From contig CAVQEQ010000004.1 of assembly GCA_963711565.1 (NCBI GenBank), positions 416,001-480,000 of the forward strand: DNA of 64,000 nucleotides, given 5' to 3'. The stretch is from an uncultured delta proteobacterium. Its GTDB lineage: Bacteria; Desulfobacterota; Binatia; Binatales; Binataceae. The notes below the pieces were generated by a model. It was not told the origin of the DNA, ran no database searches, and was given only the letters and a program-made list of their open reading frames with translations. Below are positions 33,589 through 43,971 of the stretch, in pieces; the stretch's first letter is position 1; each line of letters opens with the position of its first letter. The translations under genes and the position numbers were made by a program.

Positions 33589-34598
33589 CTATTGCCCTTG
33601 CCGGTTGGCGGCGGGCGGTTCGATGTCGAAGCTCGCGTTCAGGAATTTGATCACTCGCGCGGCGTAGCCGCTCGGATCCTCGAAGATCGCGTCGCCGTGA
33701 CCGCCCGACGGCACCGTCCACATCTGCGCGTTGAATCCCGCCGCGGCGAGAATCGCCTGTCCGTCCGCGAGCGGCGTCATCTGGTCGTCGCGATTCTGAA
33801 TGATCAGCAACGAGCAACTGCCCATGCGGCCCGCGTCCGTCGCGGGCGAGATCTTATTCAGTGGCCGGCCGAACCACAGCTGCGCTTCCCACATTACGGT
33901 TTCGACGAACGCGGGATTTAACCGCGACATCGACGGACTGCGCATGAACAGCTGCTCGAGGTTCGCGTAGGAGCTGTCGGCGATTACAGCGGTGAAGATC
34001 GGCTGCTCGGCCTGCGCCATGATCGCGCCGGCTGCGCCTTCGCCGATTCCGAGCGCGGCGATTTTAGTGAAGCCGTCGGCGCTCAGTGTGCGCGCGGTCG
34101 CCAGCGCGAACTTGCGCTTGAGCATCCCCCAGTTGATTCCGTAGATCGGATTATTGGAGCTGTATGCCGCGACCACTGTATAGCCGTGCCGAGCAGAAAC
34201 TTGACGTAGGGGATTATGGCGACTTCCGTCGCTCCGGCAGCCGGCACGATCACCACCACTTCGCGCCGCTTGCCCGGGAAATACCATCCGACCACGCTGA
34301 CTTGGCGATGCCGGATACCGTCCTCCTCGACCACGCCGCAATCCAATCGCTCCGGCTCGACGCCGACCGCTTTGCCGACGTCGGTTACCGAGCCGCGCTG
34401 GAAGGCCGGCACATGCTGTCCGAAGACGTCCTGGCCGCCGCGCCGGATGAACTCCGGGTACATCAACGATCGCGCGACGAAGAAGGCCGCGCCCATCCAG
34501 AGGATAATCGGGACGCACAGCAGGATTGCGCCGATGCCAAAAATGCGCCGCGGCTTGCGCTTGGCCGCGGCCGGCCGGGATTCAGAAGGATCGCTCAT
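33589..34598 (-). pseudogene. Membrane-anchored alpha/beta hydrolase-fold protein, frameshifted near 34193
   Basis: The N-terminal frame (TM helix, GWYFPG...IIPYVKFL) continues in another frame as ARHGYTVV...AVIADSSY...RDDQMTP...GGHG. Confidence 0.72.
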
Positions 34599-34852
34599 CG
34601 GCTATGCTTGTGCACGATTGCACACGCCACCGCAAGCGTTCGCCATGCAGGCCGAGTTCCGATGAAACCCTTTGGGACTTGCGAGCCACGGATTCCTTGA
34701 TTGCGTCCGCGCGCCGGGTACAGGGGATCTACTCGCAGGTCACGCGATGTATTCGTCCGAAGTCGGAGCGATTGCGGGCGGGGCCGGCCCTCAGATGCGT
34801 CCTTGTGAGCATTTCACTCGACACTTATGCTGCGTTGCAAGGAGCGACGTTC

Positions 34853-35650
34853 GTGGCTGATTGGGATCCTGAACTGTATAACCGCTTTCGCAGATATCGG
34901 GCGGAACCTGTCGAGCACATTTTGTCGCGGCTGGAACTTGGCGGCGACGAGAAAATTATCGACCTTGGATGCGGGTCGGGAGAGAATACGATCGAGCTGG
35001 CGCGGCGGAGTGCGCGTGGAACGGCGCTTGGCGTTGACGGGTCGCCGGCGATGGTCGAGGCGGCGCGCAAGGTGCTTGACGCCGAGCCGGCGGAGCTCAA
35101 GCGCCGGGTTTCTTTCGAGCAACTTAACGTTGCCGAGTTTCGCGCCGAGCGCGCGTACTCGCTGATATTCTCGAACGCCACGTTTCAGTGGATTCCCGGC
35201 CATCGCGCGCTGTTCGCGGCGTGCTTCGACGCGCTCTGCCCGGGCGGAACGATCATCGTGCAGATGCCCGCCAACGAGACCGAGACGGCGAAGATGGAAA
35301 TCGGGCGGCTCGCGCGCGAACTGCCGTGGAATTCGATGCTCGGCGGGCGCGAGCGCGCGTTTCATGAAGAGCCGCCGGAGTTTTACGCCGCCATGCTACA
35401 GCAACTCGGTTACGATCGAATCGACTGCTACTACGTTACGTTTCACCATCCGATGGACCGGCCGGCTGACGTCGTTCAGTGGTATCGCTCGACCGGGCTG
35501 CGGCCTTTTCTCGACAAGCTGCCGAAAGAGCGTCACGACGAATTTCTCGGGCAACTTACGGCGCGGCTCATCGGGGCTTACGGCACTTCGGGGGCGATGA
35601 CGTTCGACTTCAAGCGGCTGTTTATCTGGGGCCGCCGGCCCGGACCTTAG
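34853..35650 (+). CDS. tam: Trans-aconitate 2-methyltransferase-like protein
   Basis: WDPELYNRF, IDLGCGSG, SNATFQWIPGH and TGLRPFL. Confidence 0.8.
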   Translation: MADWDPELYNRFRRYRAEPVEHILSRLELGGDEKIIDLGCGSGENTIELARRSARGTALGVDGSPAMVEAARKVLDAEPAELKRRVSFEQLNVAEFRAERAYSLIFSNATFQWIPGHRALFAACFDALCPGGTIIVQMPANETETAKMEIGRLARELPWNSMLGGRERAFHEEPPEFYAAMLQQLGYDRIDCYYVTFHHPMDRPADVVQWYRSTGLRPFLDKLPKERHDEFLGQLTARLIGAYGTSGAMTFDFKRLFIWGRRPGP

Positions 35651-36667
35651 ATGGCTCGCGCGCGCAATCGTCCCGCGATCGTCGCGCACGGCGGTGCGGG
35701 GAATGCCGGTCCTGGCAAGGAAAGGCCCGAACGGCGGCGCGCGATGATGACGGCGATACGGCTTGGCGCGAAAATTCTGCGCGCCAACGGCAGCGCGCTC
35801 GAGGCGGTAGTCGGGACAGTCGCGGCGCTTGAGGACCATCCGTTGTTCAACGCCGGCTATGGCTCGTTGCTCAATTCGGAAGGCAACGTCGAGATGGATG
35901 CGTCGGTGATGTTCGCGGAGCCGGTTGTTTCGGACTCCACGCGTCGCGGAAAACGGGGCGCTCGAACTCATTCCAGCGAAGCCGACTACACGGTCTCGGC
36001 CGGCGCGGTTGCAGCGGTCAGCCGCGTGCGGAATCCAATCATGCTCGCGCGCGCCGTGATGGAGCATTCGCCGCATATCCTGATGGCGGGACCGGGCGCG
36101 GAGAGTTTCGCGCGCAAGGTTGGTATCAGGCTGGTGCGTCCCGAGGAAATGGTGACCGAGCGCGCGCGCGAGCGGTGGCGCGCGCGAAAAGAGCAGGCCG
36201 GGATGCTCGAAGCAGAAGCGGCGGCGCGCGCCGCGATGGGGCATGGCACGGTAGGCGCGGCGGCCGTCGATGTAGATGGCGGAATCGCGGCGGCGACCTC
36301 GACCGGCGGCGTGCCCGGCAAACTTTTCGGACGCGTGGGCGACTCCGCGCTGATAGGGGCGGGCACTTTCGCGCACGCGTTCGGGGGCGCGTCGGCGACC
36401 GGGCAGGGCGAGGCGATAATCCTGACCGCGCTATGCCGCGAAGCGGTACTGGCGCTGGCGGATGCGTCGCCGCAGGCGGTCGCGCGCGAGGCGATCCTCG
36501 AAATGATCGACGCAACGGGCGCGGAGGCGGGAGTGATACTTGTCGATCGTCGCGGCAGAATCGGCTACGCGCACAACGCCGCCTCGATGCAGGTGGCTAG
36601 GTACGATCCCGCGGCGGGCGTGCAGCATCTATGGCTCGCGCCGATCGCGTCGGCGCGGCGCGGGTGA
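35651..36667 (+). CDS. iaaA: Isoaspartyl peptidase/L-asparaginase (Ntn hydrolase)
   Basis: HGGAG, FNAGYGS, HGTVGA (nucleophilic Thr), TSTGG and GRVGDS. Confidence 0.9.
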   Translation: MARARNRPAIVAHGGAGNAGPGKERPERRRAMMTAIRLGAKILRANGSALEAVVGTVAALEDHPLFNAGYGSLLNSEGNVEMDASVMFAEPVVSDSTRRGKRGARTHSSEADYTVSAGAVAAVSRVRNPIMLARAVMEHSPHILMAGPGAESFARKVGIRLVRPEEMVTERARERWRARKEQAGMLEAEAAARAAMGHGTVGAAAVDVDGGIAAATSTGGVPGKLFGRVGDSALIGAGTFAHAFGGASATGQGEAIILTALCREAVLALADASPQAVAREAILEMIDATGAEAGVILVDRRGRIGYAHNAASMQVARYDPAAGVQHLWLAPIASARRG

Positions 36668-36760
36668 CTATCAGCTTGATTCTGGCAAGGCGCAGCGTCC
36701 CAAATGACAGCCAATTGGGACTTCTCGACGGAGCATTCAGGGCCCCGACGCGTGCAAAGC

Positions 36761-37333
36761 TTAAGTGGCGTGTGCGGTGATTCGGGCGGCGTTCCTGTAC
36801 GCTTTGTAGAAGGCGTAGCCTTGGCGCTCGGTAGGGAATAGCCAATTACCGATCACGCGTCGCATCTCGTTGACTGCCCGAAACGCGCCAGCATTGTTGA
36901 CAAGAAGCCGGATTACAAGGCTGTTCTCCCTAAGAATTTGCATCATCGTAGCATAAAAGTCCGATACGACTTCGCGGACTTCGGGGCATTCCTGTTTTAG
37001 TTCGCGTTGCACTCGTTCAAGTTCCTGTTCGGCGGCTGGATCGAGCCCTCGGTCTTGAGCCTCACGAAGCGCCCTCACTACGGATTTGAACGTCACCTGG
37101 TCTGTGTGCCGGATAAAAAAGTCAATCGCGCGATAGAAATACTCAAATACAAAACCATCCTCACGCAGGTTCTGTTCAGCAACCAGGTGAATGAGCTTAT
37201 CGCGGGTTTCGAAGAGCCGGTACTTCTGGATTCGGTCATCTTCGCGCGCAAAAATTTCGCGCGCGCGAAGATTGAAATAGGCGACGCCCGCTATACCGAA
37301 GATGAGGGTGGAAATGTTGACAGCGTGAATCAT
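36761..37333 (-). CDS. Hypothetical protein with N-terminal TM helix
   Basis: 190-aa lower-GC ORF translationally coupled (ATGA overlap) to the upstream small ORF. Confidence 0.65.
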   Translation of the reverse strand: MIHAVNISTLIFGIAGVAYFNLRAREIFAREDDRIQKYRLFETRDKLIHLVAEQNLREDGFVFEYFYRAIDFFIRHTDQVTFKSVVRALREAQDRGLDPAAEQELERVQRELKQECPEVREVVSDFYATMMQILRENSLVIRLLVNNAGAFRAVNEMRRVIGNWLFPTERQGYAFYKAYRNAARITAHAT

Positions 37334-37551
37334 TCGCTTCCCGAAGTTCTGCGTTTCTTCAGTATGATTTCTTGAAGCTGATTCCGCTCTTTAACCAATC
37401 TCTCAATTTCTCCATCTTTATCCGCCAGTCTGCCCTGCGCCTGTTTTTCCACGTAACGAAGATGCCACAACACAACAATAACGAACAGAGCAGCCCAGGG
37501 CCCCGAACTCTGGAGAAGCTGGTTAATGATAGGTTTGACATCGTCCCACAT
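37330..37551 (-). CDS. Small TM plus coiled-coil hypothetical protein
   Basis: 73 aa with one TM helix (GPWAALFVIVVLW) followed by a charged coiled coil; low GC. Confidence 0.6.
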   Translation of the reverse strand: MWDDVKPIINQLLQSSGPWAALFVIVVLWHLRYVEKQAQGRLADKDGEIERLVKERNQLQEIILKKRRTSGSE

Positions 37552-37681
37552 CAGGTCTGTCTGTATGACAATTAGTTAATATAACAGGTCGCAGCAGCAT
37601 CTCAAATGCGAACAAATCGGAGATTTTCCAAACGCTCCCGAGCGCGCAAACGAAACCCGCTGCGCCGTCTTGCCGAATCCT

Positions 37682-38101
37682 TTAGGACTTGGCTTTCTTC
37701 GAAGGTTTAGACTTGCCGGAACTGTTGAGGGCGACCGCCTGGCGAACGAGCGCTTTGAAGGCGGACTCGTCAATTTCTTCTCCTTCGTGGATATCGATCG
37801 CGCGGCGTACGTTGCCGTCGAGACTCGAGTTGAAGAGGCGGGCGGGATCCTTCAGAGCCGCGCCCTTGGCGAAGGTAAGCTTCACGACCTTCTTGTAGGA
37901 TTCGCCAGTGCAGATGATGCCGTCGTGCGACCAAACCGGAGTGCCTCTCCACTTCCATTCCTCGACAACGTCCGGGTCTGCTTCCGTGATGAGCGTGCGC
38001 ATTCTGCCGAGGGTTTCGCCGCGCCAGTCCCCGAGTTCGGCGATTCTTTTCGAGATAAGCTCCGATGCCGATTGGCCTTGGCTCGCGCCCGACTTTTTCA
38101 T
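37682..38101 (-). CDS. DUF1801 (YdhG-like) domain protein
   Basis: DWRGETL, EEWKWRGTPVWSHDG and LFNSSLDGNVRRAID. Confidence 0.88.
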   Translation of the reverse strand: MKKSGASQGQSASELISKRIAELGDWRGETLGRMRTLITEADPDVVEEWKWRGTPVWSHDGIICTGESYKKVVKLTFAKGAALKDPARLFNSSLDGNVRRAIDIHEGEEIDESAFKALVRQAVALNSSGKSKPSKKAKS

Positions 38102-38128
38102 GTTCTCACCACAGTCCACTACCGAAAA

Positions 38129-38434
38129 TCAGTCCACGTCGAGATTCTCCCAACGTTCGCACCTTACAAACTCGGGGTATAGCTGCGCGAGCAAGGGCCA
38201 GAGCCTGGATGGCATCAGGATCATACGGTCCTGGAGGTGAGCACCGGTGAAGCCTTCGGGCTTTCTGCGCTCGATCGGGTTCGCAGCGATAATTGCGTCG
38301 AGCTTTTCGCGCGCGCCCCGCGTCAGGACTTCGTAGCATCGCGAACAATCGCGGACATGTTCCGCAGTCGCCGTCATCAAGCGAAGTGCCAGATCGGCAG
38401 AACGGAGCTTCGGGTCTCTGAATTGTTTGGGCAT
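38129..38434 (-). CDS. Small hypothetical protein with H-x3-CxxC motif
   Basis: 101-aa ORF filling the intergenic gap; contains EHVRDCSRC. Confidence 0.4.
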   Translation of the reverse strand: MPKQFRDPKLRSADLALRLMTATAEHVRDCSRCYEVLTRGAREKLDAIIAANPIERRKPEGFTGAHLQDRMILMPSRLWPLLAQLYPEFVRCERWENLDVD

Positions 38435-38521
38435 CGCATTGCCACCAGCTTGGAGACGGGTTGATTTTACAGGTATGCCTAAGGGCTCAAGGAGCGGCAA
38501 GCCCGAGATGCGTCTCTGCTG

Positions 38522-40165
38522 ATGAATCCCCACGCCAGGAAATCCGCGCTGCTTGCGGGCGCGGCGTTGTTTGCATTCGTCGTACTCGTGCAGGGGATCG
38601 GCGCGCCGTTTCAGAAAGACGCCGAGCCTCAATCGGCCGAATGGATTCAGAGTATCGTGCGCGACGGGCATTGGCTGATACCCCACGATGCGTACGGATA
38701 CACCGATCGGAAACCGCCGCTGTTCTATTGGCTGTCGGCAATCGTTGCGAAGTCCACGGGGGCCATCGTCAACGAACTGCGCGCGCGAGCTGTGTCCGTG
38801 ATGGCGGGAACGGCGCTTGCGGTGAGCGTCCTCGCGTGGACGGTCGCCAACGTGGGGGTATCGGAAGGATGGCTGGCGTTTCTGTTGATACTCGGCACTT
38901 ACGGATTCGCGTCACGCGCGACCGAAGCGCTGACCGACATGCTGCTGACGTTGCTGCTGTTCGCGGCGTACTCGGCGATTGTCCCGCTGCTTGAATCATC
39001 CGGATCGTTGCGCCGGAAAATTGTCGTCGGCGTGATGCTCGGTCTCGGGATTTTGACCAAGGGCCCGGTCGCGATCGTGCTGTGCGCGCTCGCCGTCGCG
39101 ATCTACCTGTTGATCGAGCGGCGCAATCCGTTAACGCTCGTGCGCGAGCGGTGGCCGTGGCAGGTCGTTGCGATTGCGATCGTAATCGGCGCGGTGTGTT
39201 ACGTGCCGGCGGCGATCGTCGGCGGTCATAAGGTCGTAAGGATCATCTTCGCGGAGAATTTTGGGCATTTCATGCCGGCCCGGCTCGGCGGAACGGGCGA
39301 GAGTTATCGGCCTTTTTATTTTATCGGCGCGCGCCTGCTGGGCGGCGCCTTCCCCATGACGCTCCTGATACTGCCGGCCGCGCTGGCTTTCTATACCGGC
39401 GAGATTGCGGCGGAGAAGCGGCGCGCCGTGATCTACCAAATCAGCATGTCGCTCGCGGTGCTGATTTTTTTCTCGATCGCGAGCGTCAAGCGGGACGATT
39501 ACATTCTGCCGGCGCTCCCGGGGATCGCGATCCTGTGCGCGTCGGTGTTTACGCTGAGCGAGCGAGGCTGGGCGTCGAAACTGCGCGATGCGATCGTCGT
39601 CGCATTTGCGCTCGGCTCGATTGCCGTTCTGGCGGGCTTGTTTCTCCTTCCGAGCTTCGGCACGCATCTCAAACTCCAGTCGAGCGACGAAGCCTATTAC
39701 GCGGTTTTCCAAAAGATGGGCGTCCCGTTGGCTCTATTCGCGCTCGGCTACCTGGCGCTCGGCGCTGCCTCGATAATCGCCGTGGTGCGGCGCCAGGCGA
39801 TCCTAATTGGTGTCGCGTTCGGCTTGGCCGCCCTTAGCCAGAGTCTGCTGTGGACGGCGGGGCTGAGACCGGCGCTGGCATATGCGCGCAGCGTGAAGAG
39901 TTTCGCTCCGCTAGTGAACGAATACGTCAAAGGCGATCAGTTATGCATTCCGAGCGGGGTCAACTACGAGCTGTCGTACTACTACGGCGCCGCGGTGCCG
40001 GATGTCGGTAATCCTCGATGCGCCTACCTCATCGCGACGCCGGTCGAGCTGGACGCGATGACTCCCGAATATCGGGCGCGGCTCAGGCTCCTGGCGCAAT
40101 CCAATTTGATCGGCGGCGGCGGACCGCCAGCGCTATTTGAAATTTCGCCCGAAGCCGCTAAATAG
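38522..40165 (+). CDS. ArnT/PMT-like (GT-C) membrane glycosyltransferase
   Basis: DAEP, KPPLFYW, LTKGPV and KRDDYILP; many TM helices. Confidence 0.88.
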   Translation: MNPHARKSALLAGAALFAFVVLVQGIGAPFQKDAEPQSAEWIQSIVRDGHWLIPHDAYGYTDRKPPLFYWLSAIVAKSTGAIVNELRARAVSVMAGTALAVSVLAWTVANVGVSEGWLAFLLILGTYGFASRATEALTDMLLTLLLFAAYSAIVPLLESSGSLRRKIVVGVMLGLGILTKGPVAIVLCALAVAIYLLIERRNPLTLVRERWPWQVVAIAIVIGAVCYVPAAIVGGHKVVRIIFAENFGHFMPARLGGTGESYRPFYFIGARLLGGAFPMTLLILPAALAFYTGEIAAEKRRAVIYQISMSLAVLIFFSIASVKRDDYILPALPGIAILCASVFTLSERGWASKLRDAIVVAFALGSIAVLAGLFLLPSFGTHLKLQSSDEAYYAVFQKMGVPLALFALGYLALGAASIIAVVRRQAILIGVAFGLAALSQSLLWTAGLRPALAYARSVKSFAPLVNEYVKGDQLCIPSGVNYELSYYYGAAVPDVGNPRCAYLIATPVELDAMTPEYRARLRLLAQSNLIGGGGPPALFEISPEAAK

Positions 40166-40171
40166 AAGGCG

Positions 40172-40402
40172 ATGGCTGACCCCGCTGAACAGGCTGAGCA
40201 TACGATCAGCGCACTGATGCGCTTCGTCGTTTCGCTCATCATCCCGATTTGGGCGCTCGCGATGCTCGCGCTCGGCGTCGAGTACCGCTCGCTCTGGTGG
40301 CTTGGATGCGGCGTCGTCGTCGGTGGAGTCGGGCTGCTGTTGCTGGTGGGTAATCCGCTGGCAGCGTCGGCGCTCGATATTCGCGAGACCTGGCGGAAAT
40401 AA
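40172..40402 (+). CDS. Small two-TM membrane protein
   Basis: 76 aa with two hydrophobic helices, directly downstream of the ArnT-like gene. Confidence 0.55.
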   Translation: MADPAEQAEHTISALMRFVVSLIIPIWALAMLALGVEYRSLWWLGCGVVVGGVGLLLLVGNPLAASALDIRETWRK

Positions 40403-40404
40403 GA

Positions 40405-40626
40405 GCGGGGCTGCTCGCCCCGCACCCTCGGCAGGGGTGACCCCTGCACTCAGTATTCGGAAAACTGGGCATGAGGACGCGAAGCGGGCTCGTGCTCAGC
40501 AGCGCAAATAACCTCGACCGTTCTCGTCGAAGAAGTTCTAACAGGCCGTAAGGCCGCATCTTCTCTTCATCTTAACACTGGGTGCAGGGGTCACCCCTGC
40601 CGCGGGTGCGGGGCGCGCAGCCCCGC
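40405..40626. repeat. Family B REPIN/MITE-like element of 222 bp
   Basis: 50-bp terminal inverted repeats at 40405-40454 and 40577-40626 (47/50 match), each made of two hairpins. Confidence 0.8.
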
Positions 40627-40701
40627 ATCTCATTTCCGGTTCGTGCCTCGGCGCCGTGCTGAATTGCGGGCGATGTCTGGGCAGGATATTCTTTAGATCC
40701 G

Positions 40702-41040
40702 ATGCCGATTTTCGAGTATGAATGCGCGCGATGCGGGCTGGTCAGCTCGCACGTGGTTATGGGTTCGGCGCGGCGCCGCGAGCGTCGCGGGTGTCCGCAA
40801 TGCGGGTCGGCGCGGATGCGGCGGGTGCTGTCGTCGTTTGCGGTGGTCGCGAGCGAAGCGTCGCGGCTGGCGAGTTTCGACGCGTCGAAGCCCCGCGACG
40901 ATTCTTTCTATCGCGACTCGCGCAATGTTGGACTGTGGGCGAAGAAGCGGGCCAAGGAGATGGGCGTCGATCTTGGCTCGAAGTTCGAGGCGACGGTCGA
41001 GAAAGCTCGCAGCGGCAAGCTGATCAAGGAGATGACCTGA
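40702..41040 (+). CDS. FmdB family zinc ribbon protein
   Basis: MPIFEYECARCG...CPQCGS. Confidence 0.85.
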   Translation: MPIFEYECARCGLVSSHVVMGSARRRERRGCPQCGSARMRRVLSSFAVVASEASRLASFDASKPRDDSFYRDSRNVGLWAKKRAKEMGVDLGSKFEATVEKARSGKLIKEMT

Positions 41041-41045
41041 CGGGT

Positions 41046-41306
41046 ATGGCGAGCGACAACAAGGATCGGCTGGGCGAAAAATTGGACGATGTCGGTGCGG
41101 CGCGGGAAGATCAGTGGGCGCGAAAGCAGGATACCGACCTGATCGAGAAGATGCGCGAGCGCCTGAGCCATACCGCGTGCCCGAATTGCAAACAGTTCCT
41201 GGTTCCAAAAACGCAGAGTGGAGTAGCGATTTACGCGTGCCCGCAAGGGCATGGCGCGTGGCTGGACGCATCGGCTCTTAAAGCGGTGCTGAAGCAGCAC
41301 AAGTAG
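41046..41306 (+). CDS. zf-TFIIB-like zinc ribbon protein
   Basis: CPNC...CPQGHGAWLD. Confidence 0.75.
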   Translation: MASDNKDRLGEKLDDVGAAREDQWARKQDTDLIEKMRERLSHTACPNCKQFLVPKTQSGVAIYACPQGHGAWLDASALKAVLKQHK

Positions 41307-41420
41307 GTTAGCGGCGCGTCGATTTGAATTAAGCCGGGCTTAAGCGAAAACGTTCGCAGGTGAAGCGATTCTTCTTGACAGCTTAGTCCAGTCCAACTAA
41401 TGAGGACTCGGTAACATCGC

Positions 41421-41813
41421 ATGTATCTTAATTTTGGCGTGCCGCTGGCCCTGACGATCATCGGGATCGGCTTCGTGGCGCTGATGTTCGGCTTGCAGAA
41501 ACTGCTGGCGCCGCAAAATCCGTACGATCGAAAGCTGATTCCGTACGAATGCGGCGAACCGCCGACCGGCCGAGCGTGGATTAATTTTAATGTGCGCTTT
41601 TACCTGATCGCGCTGATTTTCGTTGTGTTCGAGGTCGAGGTCGCGTTCGTCTATCCGATTGCCGCGGTTTACCTGGACTGGGTGCGTTCGGGACGCCGAT
41701 GGTACGCGCTCAGCGAGATTTTGGTTTTTCTGCTGATCCTGTTCGTCGGCCTAGTTTACGTTTGGGTCAAGCACGATCTGGAATGGATTAAGAAGGTACC
41801 GGTCGAAGACTGA
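41421..41813 (+). CDS. nuoA: Complex I subunit A
   Basis: PYECGE and [14 protein letters not shown]. Confidence 0.95.
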   Translation: MYLNFGVPLALTIIGIGFVALMFGLQKLLAPQNPYDRKLIPYECGEPPTGRAWINFNVRFYLIALIFVVFEVEVAFVYPIAAVYLDWVRSGRRWYALSEILVFLLILFVGLVYVWVKHDLEWIKKVPVED

Positions 41814-41823
41814 GGTTTTAGTC

Positions 41824-42336
41824 ATGCCGCTGTTGAACACGTTGCCGGATTACGTTTTGACCACCAAGACGGACGAGCTGCTGAACTGGATGCGCAAATC
41901 GAGCATCTGGTACATGCTGTTCGGCCTCGCTTGCTGCGCGATCGAGCTGATGCACACGGGCGGCCCGCGCGCGGATATCGATCGTTTTGGCGCGACGCCG
42001 CGCGCGTCGGCGCGCCAGTCGGATTTGATGATCGTTGCGGGCACGCTGACGCTCAAAATGGCGCTGCGCACGCGGCTGCTCTACGATCAGATGCCCGATC
42101 CGAAGTACGTCATTTCGATGGGATCGTGCGCGAGCTGCGGCGGACTGTTCCAGCTCGCCTACTCGGTATGCGACGGCGTCGATAAAATCCTGCCGGTCGA
42201 TGTGTACGTCCCCGGCTGCCCGCCGCGGCCCGAGGCGCTGACTGAAGGCCTGCTCAAGCTGCAGGAAAAGATAATGACCGAGCGCTGGCTGGTGCGCTCG
42301 CCCAACGGCAACGGCAAGCAGGTCGCGGCTGCCTGA
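41824..42336 (+). CDS. nuoB: Complex I subunit B
   Basis: [14 protein letters not shown] and VPGCPP. Confidence 0.96.
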   Translation: MPLLNTLPDYVLTTKTDELLNWMRKSSIWYMLFGLACCAIELMHTGGPRADIDRFGATPRASARQSDLMIVAGTLTLKMALRTRLLYDQMPDPKYVISMGSCASCGGLFQLAYSVCDGVDKILPVDVYVPGCPPRPEALTEGLLKLQEKIMTERWLVRSPNGNGKQVAAA

Positions 42337-42340
42337 GTAG

Positions 42341-42850
42341 ATGGAGTCGCTTCAAATACTCGAGCGGGTGAAGACGAAGTTCGGGGACCGCGTGCTGGAA
42401 ATTTCCGAAAAGAAGCCGGATCCGTTCGCGGTGATCGACCCGAAATCGATCGTCGAGGTCGGGCGGTTTATGAACGAGGATCCGGAGCTGGCGATGGACT
42501 GCCTGTCCAACGAGACCGGCGTCGATTACAAGGACCGCATCGAGGTGGTCTATCACCTGTTCTCGTACTCGAAGCGCCACACTGCCGTGTTGAAGGTGAA
42601 GCTGCCGCGCGAGAATCCAAGCGTCGAGACGCTTGAGGGCGTGTGGAAATCGGCGAACTGGATGGAGCGCGAAATTTTCGATCTGATCGGCGTGAACTTC
42701 GATGGGCATAGCGACATGCGGCGAATCCTGATGCCGGAGGACTGGATCGGACATCCGCAGCGCAAGGATTTCGTCGAGCCGGCCGAATATCACGGGATCT
42801 CAACTGTCAGAGAGAGCCCGATAATCAGGCTCGACACGAAAAAGAAATGA
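42341..42850 (+). CDS. nuoC: Complex I subunit C
   Basis: [11 protein letters not shown] and GHPQRKDF. Confidence 0.95.
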   Translation: MESLQILERVKTKFGDRVLEISEKKPDPFAVIDPKSIVEVGRFMNEDPELAMDCLSNETGVDYKDRIEVVYHLFSYSKRHTAVLKVKLPRENPSVETLEGVWKSANWMEREIFDLIGVNFDGHSDMRRILMPEDWIGHPQRKDFVEPAEYHGISTVRESPIIRLDTKKK

Positions 42851-43965
42851 GCACGCTGCACACCGAAGAAATGACGCTCAACATGGGCCCGCAGCATCCG
42901 TCAACCCACGGGGTGCTGCGTTTCGTGGTGCGCGCCGACGGCGAGGTGATGCGCGAGGCGATTCCGGACGTTGGCTACCTGCATCGCTCGATCGAGAAGA
43001 TTGCGGAGAAGGTCGGCTACCACGGCTTCATGCCGTACACCGATCGCGTCGATTACGTGTGCGCGATGTTCACCAACCAGGGTTGGGGCATGGCGTGCGA
43101 GAAGCTCGCGGGGATCGAGGTGCCACATCGCGGCGAATACTGCCGCGTGATCGCGGCGGAGTTCAATCGAATCGCTTCGCATCTGTTGTCGGTCGGCGCG
43201 ATGGCGATGGATATCGGCGCGGTGACGCCGTTCACGCATGCGATTCGCGAGCGCGAGATGATCAACGACTTGATCGAGGAGCTGTGCGGTGCGCGGCTCA
43301 CCTTCAACTACATGCGAATTGGCGGCGTGGCGTGGGATCTGCCGCCCGGATGGCGCGAGAAGGCGCTCGCGTACCTCGATCATTTCGATCCGATCCTCGA
43401 GGAATACAACGCGCTCATCTCGTGGAACAAAATTTATATCGAGCGGCTCGCGAAAGTCGGAGTGATCACGCCGGCGGAAGCCGTCAACTACAATTTGGTC
43501 GGGCCGAATCTGCGCGCGTGCGGAATCAAGTGGGACATCCGCAAGGACATGCCGTATTCGGTGTACCCCGAGTTCGAGTTCGACGTGCCGATCGGCGACG
43601 GCCATTGGGGCAAGCTCGGCGACTCGATGGATCGCTACGTGGTGCGGATTCGCGAGATGGCGGAGTCGTCGAAGATACTGCGCCAGGCGCTGCGGAAGAT
43701 TCCGCCGGGGCCGGTGCTCGCGAAGGTCGCGCGCAATTTCAAGCCGCCGGCCGGCGAATGCCAGATTCGACTCGAGAGCGGACGCGGCGACATGGGATGG
43801 TACGTCGTGAGCGACGGCACTGGCTATCCGTGGCGGGTTCACGTCCGCACCGGCTCGTTCGCGGCGATGGGGATCATCCAGAAGCTGAGCGCCGGACTGA
43901 TGATCGCGGACCTCGTCACGCTGATCGCGAGCCTCGACGTGATTGCGCCGGAGATCGATCGCTAA
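42847..43965 (+). CDS. nuoD: Complex I subunit D
   Basis: [19 protein letters not shown] and C-terminal EIDR. Confidence 0.96.
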   Translation: MSTLHTEEMTLNMGPQHPSTHGVLRFVVRADGEVMREAIPDVGYLHRSIEKIAEKVGYHGFMPYTDRVDYVCAMFTNQGWGMACEKLAGIEVPHRGEYCRVIAAEFNRIASHLLSVGAMAMDIGAVTPFTHAIREREMINDLIEELCGARLTFNYMRIGGVAWDLPPGWREKALAYLDHFDPILEEYNALISWNKIYIERLAKVGVITPAEAVNYNLVGPNLRACGIKWDIRKDMPYSVYPEFEFDVPIGDGHWGKLGDSMDRYVVRIREMAESSKILRQALRKIPPGPVLAKVARNFKPPAGECQIRLESGRGDMGWYVVSDGTGYPWRVHVRTGSFAAMGIIQKLSAGLMIADLVTLIASLDVIAPEIDR

Positions 43966-43971
43966 TCCTCG

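Noticed and set aside
24125-34598. Programmed ribosomal frameshifting at about 24178 and about 34193
   Set aside because: Neither site has a slippery sequence or an obvious stimulatory structure. Both look like one-base losses in short runs, more consistent with error or recent mutation.
41824-43965. Group 4 NiFe hydrogenase instead of complex I
   Set aside because: The large subunit lacks both CxxC Ni-binding motifs and has the NuoD quinone-site sequence GPQHPSTHG.
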